A program made the translations under genes and the position numbers. A model generated the notes under the pieces. The model made no database searches, was not told the DNA's origin, and worked only from the letters and a program-made list of their open reading frames with translations. Positions 1-10,229 of a DNA stretch of 64,000 bases are shown here, piece after piece. The stretch spans positions 379-64,378 of the forward strand of contig JAVLCC010000005.1 in NCBI GenBank assembly GCA_031580995.1, in the 5' to 3' direction. Each line of letters begins with the position of its first letter. Position 1 is the stretch's first letter. Source of the stretch: Microbacteriaceae bacterium (GTDB lineage: Bacteria; Actinomycetota; Actinomycetes; Actinomycetales; Microbacteriaceae).

Positions 1-1112
1 GCAACAGCACCCAAAGTTGCCCATTTATACTGTGTTGGTCCATCGCCACGAACTACTGCAGTCAGGTTTTTAGCAACTTTCTTGCCCTGTCTAACAGCGT
101 GCTGGGCGTTTGGAACGCAATAGCCACCAACTCCACCACCACTTAAATCGGGAACTCTGGAGACATCTCCTGCGGTCCAGGCGCCTTCAAACACATGCCC
201 CTGATCATCTGTTACCTGCAAAGTTGCCTCGGCAATGATTCTTCCGCGCTCATCAATTGGCAAGTCACTGAATTTAGCCATTGGGGAAGCTGCCACACCA
301 GCAGTCCAAATCACGATGTCACTTTCAAACTCTTCATCGCTTGAAAGCTTCACAACTCCCTTTTCACAGTTCAATAGCTGAGTGTTTAGGTGAACGGTGA
401 TACCAGCTCTTTCCATCCAGTTCACAACCCACTCACCACGCTTTTCACTAACTTCAGGCATCACTCGCCCCATGGCCTCAACCAGGTGAAACTGAATATC
501 CTCAAAGGCAATCTCAGGGTAATAACGAAGTAAATAGGTGGCAGCTGATCTCAACTCAGCGACTGTTTCAATGCCTGCAAAACCTCCACCGACAACCACA
601 AAGGTCAACAACCTGTCGCGCTCTGGACCCTGGGGCAATGCAGCAGCTCGATCGAAGTTTGCAAACATCTTGTTGCGAACCTCTACCGCCTCTTCAACAT
701 TTTTCATTCCAATCGCTACCGATGCGACTCCTGGAATTGGGAAGGTTCTGGAAATTGCTCCAGCCGTCACAACAACGTGGTCGTATTCGATTGTGTAGGG
801 CTTGGCTCCGTCAACGCTGACTGTTGCCTTTTTTGCCTTGTGGTTAATTTTGGTTACTTTGCCAGTTATCAACTTGGTCTTGCTTAAGTGAGACCTATGA
901 GAGACAACAGTGTGACGTGGTTCAATCGAACCAGCGGCCACCTCTGGCAAGAAAGGTTGGTAGGTCATGTAGGGAAGCGGATCAATCATGGTGACATCAA
1001 CCTCACCCTTGCGAGTTAGCTTCTCTAGCCATTTTGCGGCGTAGAACCCCGCGTATCCACCCCCAATAATCAAAATACGAGGAGTCTTGTTCTTAAGTGT
1101 TTTTTCAGCCAT
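1..1112 (-). CDS. ndh: Type II NADH dehydrogenase (NDH-2, FAD/NAD pyridine nucleotide-disulfide oxidoreductase); C-terminal part lies outside the window
   Basis: Not in the ORF track because it is open at the window edge. My translation of the minus strand from ATG at 1112-1110 gives MAEKTLKNKTPRILIIGGGYAGFYAAKWLEK (first GxGxxG Rossmann motif). Around 570-620 it gives RDRLLTFVVVGGGFAGIE (second dinucleotide-binding fold). Confidence 0.8.
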   Translation of the reverse strand, partial: MAEKTLKNKTPRILIIGGGYAGFYAAKWLEKLTRKGEVDVTMIDPLPYMTYQPFLPEVAAGSIEPRHTVVSHRSHLSKTKLITGKVTKINHKAKKATVSVDGAKPYTIEYDHVVVTAGAISRTFPIPGVASVAIGMKNVEEAVEVRNKMFANFDRAAALPQGPERDRLLTFVVVGGGFAGIETVAELRSAATYLLRYYPEIAFEDIQFHLVEAMGRVMPEVSEKRGEWVVNWMERAGITVHLNTQLLNCEKGVVKLSSDEEFESDIVIWTAGVAASPMAKFSDLPIDERGRIIAEATLQVTDDQGHVFEGAWTAGDVSRVPDLSGGGVGGYCVPNAQHAVRQGKKVAKNLTAVVRGDGPTQYKWATLGAV

Positions 1113-1175
1113 TTGTTCGTTTCGTTGTTGTTGCGGTGCTTTTTGGGCAGACCTCTTCGGCTACAAGCCTCTAGG

Positions 1176-1676
1176 TTAGCGGATTGGAACCTGTTTTGGC
1201 CTCTCACACTGACATTTTCCAATCTTCCAGTCACTGTTTTCAACCGCCAAGTCCCCAATTGGGTTCATTCCTGGACCAACCGCAAGAGAGTGAGCGGCCA
1301 GTGCATGCAAGCATTTCACACGATTTGGCATGCCTCCAGCGGAGATATCTTTAAGCTCTTCAACGAATTCAATCTGCTCTCGATGCTCTAGATAACTCTC
1401 ATGAGCCTTCAGGTATTGCTCTGAAATTTCATCTTCTTCCAATAGCTCTGACCACTGGGCCATCAATCCTGCACTTTCAAGCCTTGACATGCTGGCGGTA
1501 GCGGCAGGGTGAGTCAGGTAATAAAGCGTTGGGAAAGGTGTTCCATCTTCCAGCCGGGGCTTGGTTTTTACAACCACAGGGTTGCCACAAATACACCTTG
1601 CACTCACCTCCAACATCGACCTTGCGGGTCTTCCCAGTTGCTCAGAGACTATTTCGAGATCCTCAGCGCTAATCAT
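1176..1676 (-). CDS. DUF501 domain protein (conserved actinobacterial, downstream of eno/ftsB-like)
   Basis: 166 aa ORF. Contains CICGNPVVVKTKPRLEDGTPFPTLYYLTHP, which matches the Cys pair plus PFPT.YYLT signature I associate with DUF501. Its start overlaps the upstream gene stop by 4 nt. Confidence 0.7.
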   Translation of the reverse strand: MISAEDLEIVSEQLGRPARSMLEVSARCICGNPVVVKTKPRLEDGTPFPTLYYLTHPAATASMSRLESAGLMAQWSELLEEDEISEQYLKAHESYLEHREQIEFVEELKDISAGGMPNRVKCLHALAAHSLAVGPGMNPIGDLAVENSDWKIGKCQCERPKQVPIR

Positions 1677-2191
1677 TCAATCTCTCGCAAACTGATTTCG
1701 CTTTCCTCTTCAGTTGGAACATCCAATGCAGCTCTGAAAATTGACTCAAGGCTTGATTGAACCCAGTCCTTCTCAGCTGCAATGACCCCCTGGCTTATCA
1801 CGTCACTTTCGCGCTGTTCGGCGAGTAATTGACCGAGGGTTCCAGTTTCTCCACTGAAATCAATGCCTTCAGCATCCATCACCAGGTAGCTCACTTCACC
1901 AGGAAGGACGTAATAAAGTCTCTCCCTTGCCTGAGAGCGGATATAAGCGGGGTCTTGCCATCTATCTCGCTCAGATTGCATGTCCTCTAATGACTGCTTT
2001 GATAGCTCTATGGATTGCTCAACTTCTGCAATCTCCGCTCTTTGGCGCAAAAGCAATTGAATATCGGGGGCCAAGGTTATAACCCCAAGGGTGACAACCA
2101 GCAGAAAAAGCGCAATTGAACCACTTAGGTGGAGGTTTTGAAACCACCAGGAGGTTTCATTGACCTTGACTGGGACTTTTTGTTCTGGCAT
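1673..2191 (-). CDS. Septum formation initiator family protein (FtsB/DivIC-like)
   Basis: 172 aa with a single N-terminal TM helix followed by a coiled coil (LLLRQRAEIAEVEQSIELSKQSLEDMQSERDRWQDPAYIRSQARERL). The position directly downstream of eno is the usual actinobacterial synteny. Confidence 0.75.
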   Translation of the reverse strand: MPEQKVPVKVNETSWWFQNLHLSGSIALFLLVVTLGVITLAPDIQLLLRQRAEIAEVEQSIELSKQSLEDMQSERDRWQDPAYIRSQARERLYYVLPGEVSYLVMDAEGIDFSGETGTLGQLLAEQRESDVISQGVIAAEKDWVQSSLESIFRAALDVPTEEESEISLREIE

Positions 2192-2235
2192 GACAAGCCA
2201 AATTCTAAATCTGGTTTGTGAGATTTAGTATTCGA

Positions 2236-3513
<1,278 letters not shown>

Positions 3514-3570
3514 TTATTGCGGGGGAAAGGACATGGGGCTACATAGCGATTCAAAGCATAGCAACAGGGT

Positions 3571-4737
3571 CTATTGAAGGGGCTTAATCTCGAGGTTTGT
3601 GAAAATATGTTCACCATTTATAACCCCAAAGTTTTCATAACCCTGATCTCTCATGGCCTCTAATAAAACCTTCATGTTCTTCACGCGCTTTTCAATCCGA
3701 GCATTAAACCCAGCATCGATTGCTTGCGATTGAAGTTCTAGAGCATTTTCTATGTCGTCATAAATCAGCACCACCGAGGGTTTTTTATCGAATTGCTTGG
3801 TAATCAAATCGACAACTCTTTCAAAACCAAGGGAGATTCCAACCGCTGGAACATCTTTGCCCAACCAGCGACCAACCATTCCGTCATAGCGCCCGCCACC
3901 GCCAATTGATTGACCACTTGAGGGATGCTCAATTTCAAACACGGCACCTGTGTAATAACCCATGCCTCGAACAAGCGTTTTATCAAATTTAATTCTGGGG
4001 TTAGAAAGATTTAGCTCTGCAAGCTCATCTGGCATATCTGATTCTTGCTGCAACCAGCTAGTTACCCGCTCAGCTAATTCTGGGTCATATTTTTCAGAGA
4101 GTTCTTTTTTAACCCCAGAGATTTCTATCTTGTCTAGTTTGTCGATGGTTATTAGCACCCCTGCTGGGTCATCAACTGCAAGTTTTTTCATCATTCGATT
4201 TAGATATCCACGGTGATTGATCCTGATCATTGCATCATTCAGGCCCAGTCGATCCAAAACCTCCAGAGAGGCTGTCAGTAGTTCTAATTCAGCGTCGGTT
4301 GTCTCATCACCCAAAATGTCGATATCGCATTGGTTAAATTGCCTATAGCGACCCTTTTGAGGTCTTTCCGCTCTCCAAACAGGACCTGTTTGGACTGCTT
4401 TGAAAACCTTTGGAAGCTCCGCTTGATTGGTTGCATAAAACCTTGTGAGTGGAACTGTCAGGTCGTAGCGCAAACCCAGGTCAGCTAGGGACTCGCTATT
4501 GCCCAGAGCTTTTTCTAATTCATCTCCGCGCTTCAAAACTTGAAAAGCCAGCTTTTCATTATCCCCACCCTGACCGCTAAGAAGCCTGTCTAGGTTCTCC
4601 ATAGCTGGAGTCTCAATTGATTGAAAGCCACGAGCTTGATAAACGTCTAATATTTCCGCGAGGATTTGCTCACGTCTGAGCTTTTCCACCGGTAGGAAAT
4701 CACGCATTCCCCTTGGAGAAGAAATCTGTTTGGCCAT
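3571..4737 (-). CDS. hisS: Histidine--tRNA ligase, compact 388 aa, archaeal/eukaryotic-like subtype
   Basis: Class II aaRS motifs are present: LRYDLTVPLTRF, WRAERPQKGRYRQFNQCDIDILG (motif 2), RGMGYYTG, GGGGRYDGMV (HisA/HisB boxes) and GISLGFERV (motif 3). There is a short C-terminal anticodon-binding-like domain. Confidence 0.8.
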   Translation of the reverse strand: MAKQISSPRGMRDFLPVEKLRREQILAEILDVYQARGFQSIETPAMENLDRLLSGQGGDNEKLAFQVLKRGDELEKALGNSESLADLGLRYDLTVPLTRFYATNQAELPKVFKAVQTGPVWRAERPQKGRYRQFNQCDIDILGDETTDAELELLTASLEVLDRLGLNDAMIRINHRGYLNRMMKKLAVDDPAGVLITIDKLDKIEISGVKKELSEKYDPELAERVTSWLQQESDMPDELAELNLSNPRIKFDKTLVRGMGYYTGAVFEIEHPSSGQSIGGGGRYDGMVGRWLGKDVPAVGISLGFERVVDLITKQFDKKPSVVLIYDDIENALELQSQAIDAGFNARIEKRVKNMKVLLEAMRDQGYENFGVINGEHIFTNLEIKPLQ

Positions 4738-4763
4738 TTTGTTAGTTTCCCATAAAGATGCAC

Positions 4764-5465
4764 TCAGTCAGCGTCTACCCTGCCGATAACTCCCGCATCC
4801 AGCTGATCATCAATCTCTGCCTGCCTAATTTCCACCTGTAACTCTCTAGTTGCCTCTCTTAGCGCTCGCTCAGGGTCTAAACCAACGGTTCTTGCTGAGC
4901 TAACGATGGCCAGTAGCATCTTCCCCAGATCTTCCTCGGTCTCCATGGGAATGGCTGGGGTGTCAGATTTTTCTAAAATCTCTGCTTTTTCAGCTTTTGC
5001 CATCACCTTGCTGGCTAAAGCTAAAGCTGGCATTGACTGCGGGACACCATCGAGAATGCTTGTTCTCTCTGGTTTTTCACGCTTTTTGTGCTCATCCCAG
5101 TTCTGCATCACATCATCACCGGTCTCAGCAGCGTATTTATCCTGCTGCTCTGAATTTCCGAAAACATGCGGGTGACGAGAGATCATTTTCTCGGTCATCT
5201 TTTTGGCAACATCCTCAATATCAAATGGTTCACCTAAGGAACCGGTGGAGGCGATGTCTGAGTGAAAAACAACTTGATATAAAACATCACCAAGTTCTTC
5301 CAAAACCTCATCACGGCTTCCTGCCTCAATGGCTTCAATCAGTTCATGGGTTTCTTCTAATAAATACTGAATCAAAGATCTGTGTGTTTGTTCCGCATCC
5401 CAGGGGCATCCTCCAGGGGCACGCAGTTGGTGTGCTGTTTCTATTAGTTTTTCTAGTTCACTCAA
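4764..5465 (-). CDS. mazG: MazG nucleoside triphosphate pyrophosphohydrolase
   Basis: 233 aa. Contains GGCPWDAEQTHRSL..YLLEETHELIEAIE and EELGDVLYQV, which are MazG EExxE/D motifs. The mfd-mazG synteny supports the call. Confidence 0.9.
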   Translation of the reverse strand: MSELEKLIETAHQLRAPGGCPWDAEQTHRSLIQYLLEETHELIEAIEAGSRDEVLEELGDVLYQVVFHSDIASTGSLGEPFDIEDVAKKMTEKMISRHPHVFGNSEQQDKYAAETGDDVMQNWDEHKKREKPERTSILDGVPQSMPALALASKVMAKAEKAEILEKSDTPAIPMETEEDLGKMLLAIVSSARTVGLDPERALREATRELQVEIRQAEIDDQLDAGVIGRVDAD

Positions 5466-8400
5466 GCCAAGCCCTCCAAAAACTCTTTCACCCAGTCAAT
5501 CACCTGCTCATCGGTTGAGAGTGAGACTGGCTTATCAAGTGTCAACATATTTGCAGATTGCAAATACCTAACCCCGGTGTGGTTATGCGAGAGCTGCACC
5601 AATTGACTCTCGGTGAGCTCTATTGGTTGCATCCTCAACTTATCCCCCAGCATGTTTAGATCCTTCAAGCCCAAACGGTTTGCAATTTGTCTAAGTTCAG
5701 TCACTCGAATGAGTGTTTGTAATTCTTGCGGGGCTTTGCCGTAGCGGTCTTCTAGCTCTTCTAAAATCAACGCTAACTGCTCAGGCGTTGACTCCGAACC
5801 TCCCGCAGCACTGAGTTTGTGATAAGCCTCAAGTCTTAGTCGATCACTATCCAGATAACTGGTTGGGATGTGTGCGCTAACTGGAATCTCAAGGTTTAGC
5901 TCGGCTGGGGCCTCAACTTTTTTGCCTTTGAACTCATCAACCGCCTCGCCAATCATTCGCAAGTAAAGATCAAACCCAACACCAGCTATGTGCCCACTCT
6001 GCTCGCCACCAAGCAAGTTTCCAGCACCTCTGATTTCTAGGTCTTTCATGGCAACCTGGAATCCGCTGCCAAGTTCGTTATTGGTGGCAATTGTTGCCAA
6101 GCGATCATGAGCTGTCTCAGTCAATGGCTTTGATGGGTCATAGAAAAAATAGGCATAGGCGCGTTCTCTGGATCTGCCAACTCGTCCTCTGATTTGATGC
6201 AATTGGCTAAGCCCGTAATTCTCTGCTCTATCAACAATCAAGGTATTCGCATTTGGGATATCAATGCCTGTTTCAATGATTGTGGTTGAAACCAAGACAT
6301 CGAATTTCCTGTCCCAGAAATCCACCACCACCTGCTCTAATTGAGCCTCCGGTAATTTTCCATGGGCCACGCCAACTCTCGCCTCCGGAACCAAACGAGC
6401 TATCTCATTGGCCACCGCATCAATTGAACTGACTCGGTTATGGACATAGAAAACCTGCCCCTCGCGGATTAGCTCTCTGCGGATAGCGGCTGCAAGCTGC
6501 TGCTCTGAATAACCTCCGACATAGGTCAAAATTGGCTGGCGCTGTTCGGGTGGTGTGGCGAGTGTGCTCATCTCTCTGATGCCGGTCACCGCCATCTCAA
6601 GTGTTCTTGGAATTGGGGTTGCACTCATCGATAAAACATCAACATTGGCTCTAAAGCTTTTTAGTTTTTCTTTGTGTTCAACTCCGAAGCGCTGTTCCTC
6701 ATCAACAATGATTAGTCCCAGGTTTCTAAACTTCACCCCCTCGCCCAACAATCTGTGAGTACCTATCACCAAATCAACCGCACCTGTTTGCAGGCCTTGC
6801 AGGGTTTGTTTCACATTGGCTGATGATTGAAACCTGGAAAGTGCCTCGATGTTTACAGGGAATCCTTTGAAGCGATCTCTGAAGGTTTCCATGTGTTGTC
6901 TCACCAACAGTGTCGTTGGGCACAGTATCGCCACCTGCTTGCCATCTTGGATGGCTTTGAAGGCAGCCCTCAGGGCAACCTCTGTCTTACCAAAACCAAC
7001 ATCACCCGCCAACAACCTATCCATCGGTCTCGGGCTTTCCATGTCTCGCTTGACCTCTTCGATGGTTTTTAGCTGATCTGAAGTTTCAACATAGGGAAAC
7101 GCTTCTTCCAGCTCATGCTGCCAAGCGGTGTCGGGGCCAAAGGCATAACCCTCGGCTTTTGATCGCTCGGCGTAGAGCTTCACTAGATCAATGGCAATCT
7201 GTCTAACTGCTTTTCTGGCATTGCCTTTTGCCCTGGCCCAGTCGGTTCCACCCATCTTTGATAACACCGGTGCTTCACCACCGACGTATCTGGTGACCAG
7301 ATCTAGTTGATCAACAGGAACAAACAACGTGTCCGCCGGATAGCTTTTTTTGGGTGGTGCGTATTCGATTAATAAATACTCACGGTTTAATTTTCCGCCC
7401 CTGCCGACTTTGCGCTGGACTAATTCTTTGAACTGTCCAACACCATGAACCTCGTGAACGACATAATCCCCAGCTTTTAATTCCAGAGGATCAACCTGTG
7501 GACCACGCCTTGAGGCAAGCTTTCTTTTACTAGGAGCAATATAAGTAGCATTCCGACCCAGGTATTCTCGCTCGGTGATGATTGCAAGCTTGCTAGCCGG
7601 GGAAACCAAACCTTTTTGCAAATTTCCCCGAATGACAAAGAAACCATCATCGCCGGAATATTCATCAATAAGCTTCGCCCCGCTTAGTTCTGCAATGCGC
7701 TCTGCGGTTCCTGGACCGTTGGCGGTGAAGATAATTGAATACGCTTGGTTTTTTAGATCTTCAATCCATGAGTTCAAATCATCTTCAATGCCTGCAAAAC
7801 TTGGCAGGTCATAAACTTCGATATCAACACCCTGTTGATCCCCAAAAGCTGCCATGAACCTAACCGGGTGGTTTGTTTTTGAGAGTTTTTCTAAAAATTC
7901 ATGCCAGTCATAAAACCCACCGGCGCTGAGATCAATCGGGGCCTCCGCTCCACTAATTGCCGCATCCCAAGCCGCATGCAAAAACTCTTCATTGGTTTTT
8001 TTCAAATCCTCCGCACGAGTTCTAATCCGCTCACTCGATAAAATCACATGCTCTGAGTTATCAGGGATGAATTCAAAAACCGGCACCATCGAATTGGTCA
8101 AAACTGGAGCCAAAGATTCCATACCGGCAACTGGAATGGCATTGGCAATTTTTTCCAACATCTCACCAAGGTTTGGAAATTCAGATGCCATCTCCCGCGC
8201 TCTGGAGGAAACCTCTGGGGTGATTAGCAATTCTCTTGCAGGGTAAAGCATGAAACTCTCAAGCTTTGTCTCCAGTGATCTTTGATCCGCTATTGAAAAC
8301 TCGCGCATCTCTTCAATTTCATCACCGAAAAATTCAAGCCTGACCGGATGATCATTGGTGACTGGGAACACATCGACTATTCCGCCTCGGATTGCAAACT

Positions 8401-8935
8401 CACCGCGCTGACTGACCATGTCAACCCGTTCATAGCCAAGTTCAATTAGTTTCAGTGGAAGTTCAGCCAGCGAATACTCTTTGCCGGAGAGAATCTGCAT
8501 GGCAGGGTGCTCTGCTAATTGCGAATGAACCGGTTGCAGCGCAGCTCTCACGCTCATGATCACAAAAACAGCATGCTTGGCTGGTTTGTTTGCAAGCTCA
8601 ATCAATCTGGAAATAGCACGAAGTCTTTTTCCAACAGTTTCAGATGATGGAGAGAGCCTCTCATGAGGCAGTGTCTCCCAACTTGGAAACTCAATCAATT
8701 CAAAACTTGGGTCATACTCCTCCAAGAAATCAATCATCTCTTGGGCTTCACGACCAGTTGCGGTTATCACTACATATGGCTTTTTAATTCCTTTGAGCCT
8801 TGGCATGTCCGCCACTAAAAAAGGATGCGAGCCGATTGGTGCAATTACAGAAGATGAGTCATTTTTGACAGAGGCTTCGAATTTTGAGTAGGGGTAACCC
8901 TCTGAGATTTTTTCTCCTAGGGGCTTCAAGCTCAC
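5462..8935 (-). CDS. mfd: Transcription-repair coupling factor Mfd
   Basis: 1157 aa with SF2 helicase motifs (GDVGFGKTEVALRAAF, IIVDEEQRFGV, LSMSATPIPRT, QLHQIRGRVGRS), a CarD-like RNAP-interacting domain (GDYVVHEVHGVG) and a TRCF C-terminal domain. Confidence 0.97.
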   Translation of the reverse strand: MSLKPLGEKISEGYPYSKFEASVKNDSSSVIAPIGSHPFLVADMPRLKGIKKPYVVITATGREAQEMIDFLEEYDPSFELIEFPSWETLPHERLSPSSETVGKRLRAISRLIELANKPAKHAVFVIMSVRAALQPVHSQLAEHPAMQILSGKEYSLAELPLKLIELGYERVDMVSQRGEFAIRGGIVDVFPVTNDHPVRLEFFGDEIEEMREFSIADQRSLETKLESFMLYPARELLITPEVSSRAREMASEFPNLGEMLEKIANAIPVAGMESLAPVLTNSMVPVFEFIPDNSEHVILSSERIRTRAEDLKKTNEEFLHAAWDAAISGAEAPIDLSAGGFYDWHEFLEKLSKTNHPVRFMAAFGDQQGVDIEVYDLPSFAGIEDDLNSWIEDLKNQAYSIIFTANGPGTAERIAELSGAKLIDEYSGDDGFFVIRGNLQKGLVSPASKLAIITEREYLGRNATYIAPSKRKLASRRGPQVDPLELKAGDYVVHEVHGVGQFKELVQRKVGRGGKLNREYLLIEYAPPKKSYPADTLFVPVDQLDLVTRYVGGEAPVLSKMGGTDWARAKGNARKAVRQIAIDLVKLYAERSKAEGYAFGPDTAWQHELEEAFPYVETSDQLKTIEEVKRDMESPRPMDRLLAGDVGFGKTEVALRAAFKAIQDGKQVAILCPTTLLVRQHMETFRDRFKGFPVNIEALSRFQSSANVKQTLQGLQTGAVDLVIGTHRLLGEGVKFRNLGLIIVDEEQRFGVEHKEKLKSFRANVDVLSMSATPIPRTLEMAVTGIREMSTLATPPEQRQPILTYVGGYSEQQLAAAIRRELIREGQVFYVHNRVSSIDAVANEIARLVPEARVGVAHGKLPEAQLEQVVVDFWDRKFDVLVSTTIIETGIDIPNANTLIVDRAENYGLSQLHQIRGRVGRSRERAYAYFFYDPSKPLTETAHDRLATIATNNELGSGFQVAMKDLEIRGAGNLLGGEQSGHIAGVGFDLYLRMIGEAVDEFKGKKVEAPAELNLEIPVSAHIPTSYLDSDRLRLEAYHKLSAAGGSESTPEQLALILEELEDRYGKAPQELQTLIRVTELRQIANRLGLKDLNMLGDKLRMQPIELTESQLVQLSHNHTGVRYLQSANMLTLDKPVSLSTDEQVIDWVKEFLEGLA

Positions 8936-8944
8936 CGGGAAATA

Positions 8945-9496
8945 CTACTCTCTGGGAGCGTGTAATTTCTGCATAGCTCCCTGAACTCCTTCACCAATCA
9001 CCATTTCAACCGCTTCTGCAGCCAATTTGAGATTTAGTTTCAGTTCTTTTTTCTCTGTAGCTACAAAATCCCGCAACACATAATCTGCTGTTGGCATCTG
9101 ACCCGGTGGTCTTCCGATTCCAAAGCGAAGTCTGTGGAAATCATTATCGGTGGCAGCAATTATGTCTCTGAGGCCGTTGTGACCTGCATGCCCACCACCT
9201 GTTTTTAGCTTCAAAACTCCATAGTCCAGATCCAGTTCATCGTGAATCACCAAAAGCTTTGATGTTGGTAAATCGAAATACTTCAACAACGAACTCACCG
9301 GCCCGCCCGAACGATTCATAAAACTTGCAGGTTTGGCCAACACCACTTTTTGACTTGCGATATTGGTTTGCACAATAAACGAATTGGTTCGGTGAGATTT
9401 GAATTTCTCACCGACCAATTCATCTAAGACCAACTGCCCGATGTTGTGTCGGTTATTTTCATACTTGGTGCCCGGATTTCCTAACCCAACCACCAA
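8945..9496 (-). CDS. pth: Peptidyl-tRNA hydrolase
   Basis: Contains WLVVGLGNPGTKYENNRHNIGQ and HNGLRDI motifs. The track start at 9601 would overlap the rplY C-terminus by about 100 nt. TTG at 9496 or GTG at 9493, just before LVVGLGNPG and just after the rplY stop (9504), is more plausible. Confidence 0.9.
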   Translation of the reverse strand: MVVGLGNPGTKYENNRHNIGQLVLDELVGEKFKSHRTNSFIVQTNIASQKVVLAKPASFMNRSGGPVSSLLKYFDLPTSKLLVIHDELDLDYGVLKLKTGGGHAGHNGLRDIIAATDNDFHRLRFGIGRPPGQMPTADYVLRDFVATEKKELKLNLKLAAEAVEMVIGEGVQGAMQKLHAPRE

Positions 9497-9503
9497 CCAA
9501 GAA

Positions 9504-10121
9504 TTATTCGCTTGCTGGCGACTCTTCAGCAGCACTCTCTGCTGATCCCTCAGTTGTTTCGGCGGTCTCTTCCTCGACAGCCGCACGGGTCTCGGTGACA
9601 ACAGCTATGTTTTCCTCAGCTGCCAATTCCAAAACAACATCATCTGGAACGATTAGGTCACTGACTGTGTAGTGGTGGCCAGCTGGGTTTTCCTTGCTGA
9701 TGTGCAATTCAACATATTCAGGGATGCTGGTTGCTGCTGCCTCCAAGGCAACCGTTGAGTGCACAACATCCACAACAGTTCCACCCATTGGTTCACCGAT
9801 CATGTGAACGGGAACCTCCACGTGCACCTTCTCGCCTTTTTTAATCTCCACCAGGTCAACGTGCTCAATTTCCTGCTTCACAGGTTCTTTCTGAGCACTT
9901 TTCACTAGGACAAGCTCTTTTTTGCCGTCTATGTTCAGCTCCAAAAGGGCATTTTTAGTCCTTAGGGCAAGCATTGTCTGCTTGGAGGGAAGTGAGATGT
10001 GACGGGTGGCATTACCGTGACCATAGATTACAGCCGGTGTTTTTCCGGCTGCACGCAATTTGCGGGCAGCGCCTTTTCCAAAGTCGTTTCTAATCTCAGC
10101 GTCAAAGTTGTGTTCACTCAT
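9504..10121 (-). CDS. rplY: 50S ribosomal protein L25 / general stress protein Ctc
   Basis: Contains RNDFGKGAARKLRAAGKTPAVIYGHG plus an acidic C-terminal tail. The internal ATG (MSEHNFDAEIR) at 10121 is preferred over the 19-codon upstream extension in the track. Confidence 0.9.
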   Translation of the reverse strand: MSEHNFDAEIRNDFGKGAARKLRAAGKTPAVIYGHGNATRHISLPSKQTMLALRTKNALLELNIDGKKELVLVKSAQKEPVKQEIEHVDLVEIKKGEKVHVEVPVHMIGEPMGGTVVDVVHSTVALEAAATSIPEYVELHISKENPAGHHYTVSDLIVPDDVVLELAAEENIAVVTETRAAVEEETAETTEGSAESAAEESPASE

Positions 10122-10229
10122 TGTTTTGTTCCTTCGTTGGTGGGCTATCAACTCAGGCGTGAGGATTGGCCTTACCAACCACCCCGTCGATAACGGATAA
10201 AAATCCCTCGCCGTTGTTCGAGGACGATA

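Noticed and set aside
4906-5518. Plus-strand ORFs of 89 and 173 aa antisense to mazG and the mfd 3' end
   Set aside because: Shadow ORFs within confident genes, with low-complexity composition.
9497-9601. N-terminal extensions suggested by the longest-ORF track for pth, and similarly rplY 10122-10178, metG 19840-19911, rlmB 49744-49764, msrB 44371-44397 and the lipoprotein 52703-52792
   Set aside because: The extensions overlap upstream genes or lack an SD, and conserved N-terminal motifs begin at the downstream starts. These are treated as artefacts of longest-ORF calling, though the exact starts remain unverified.
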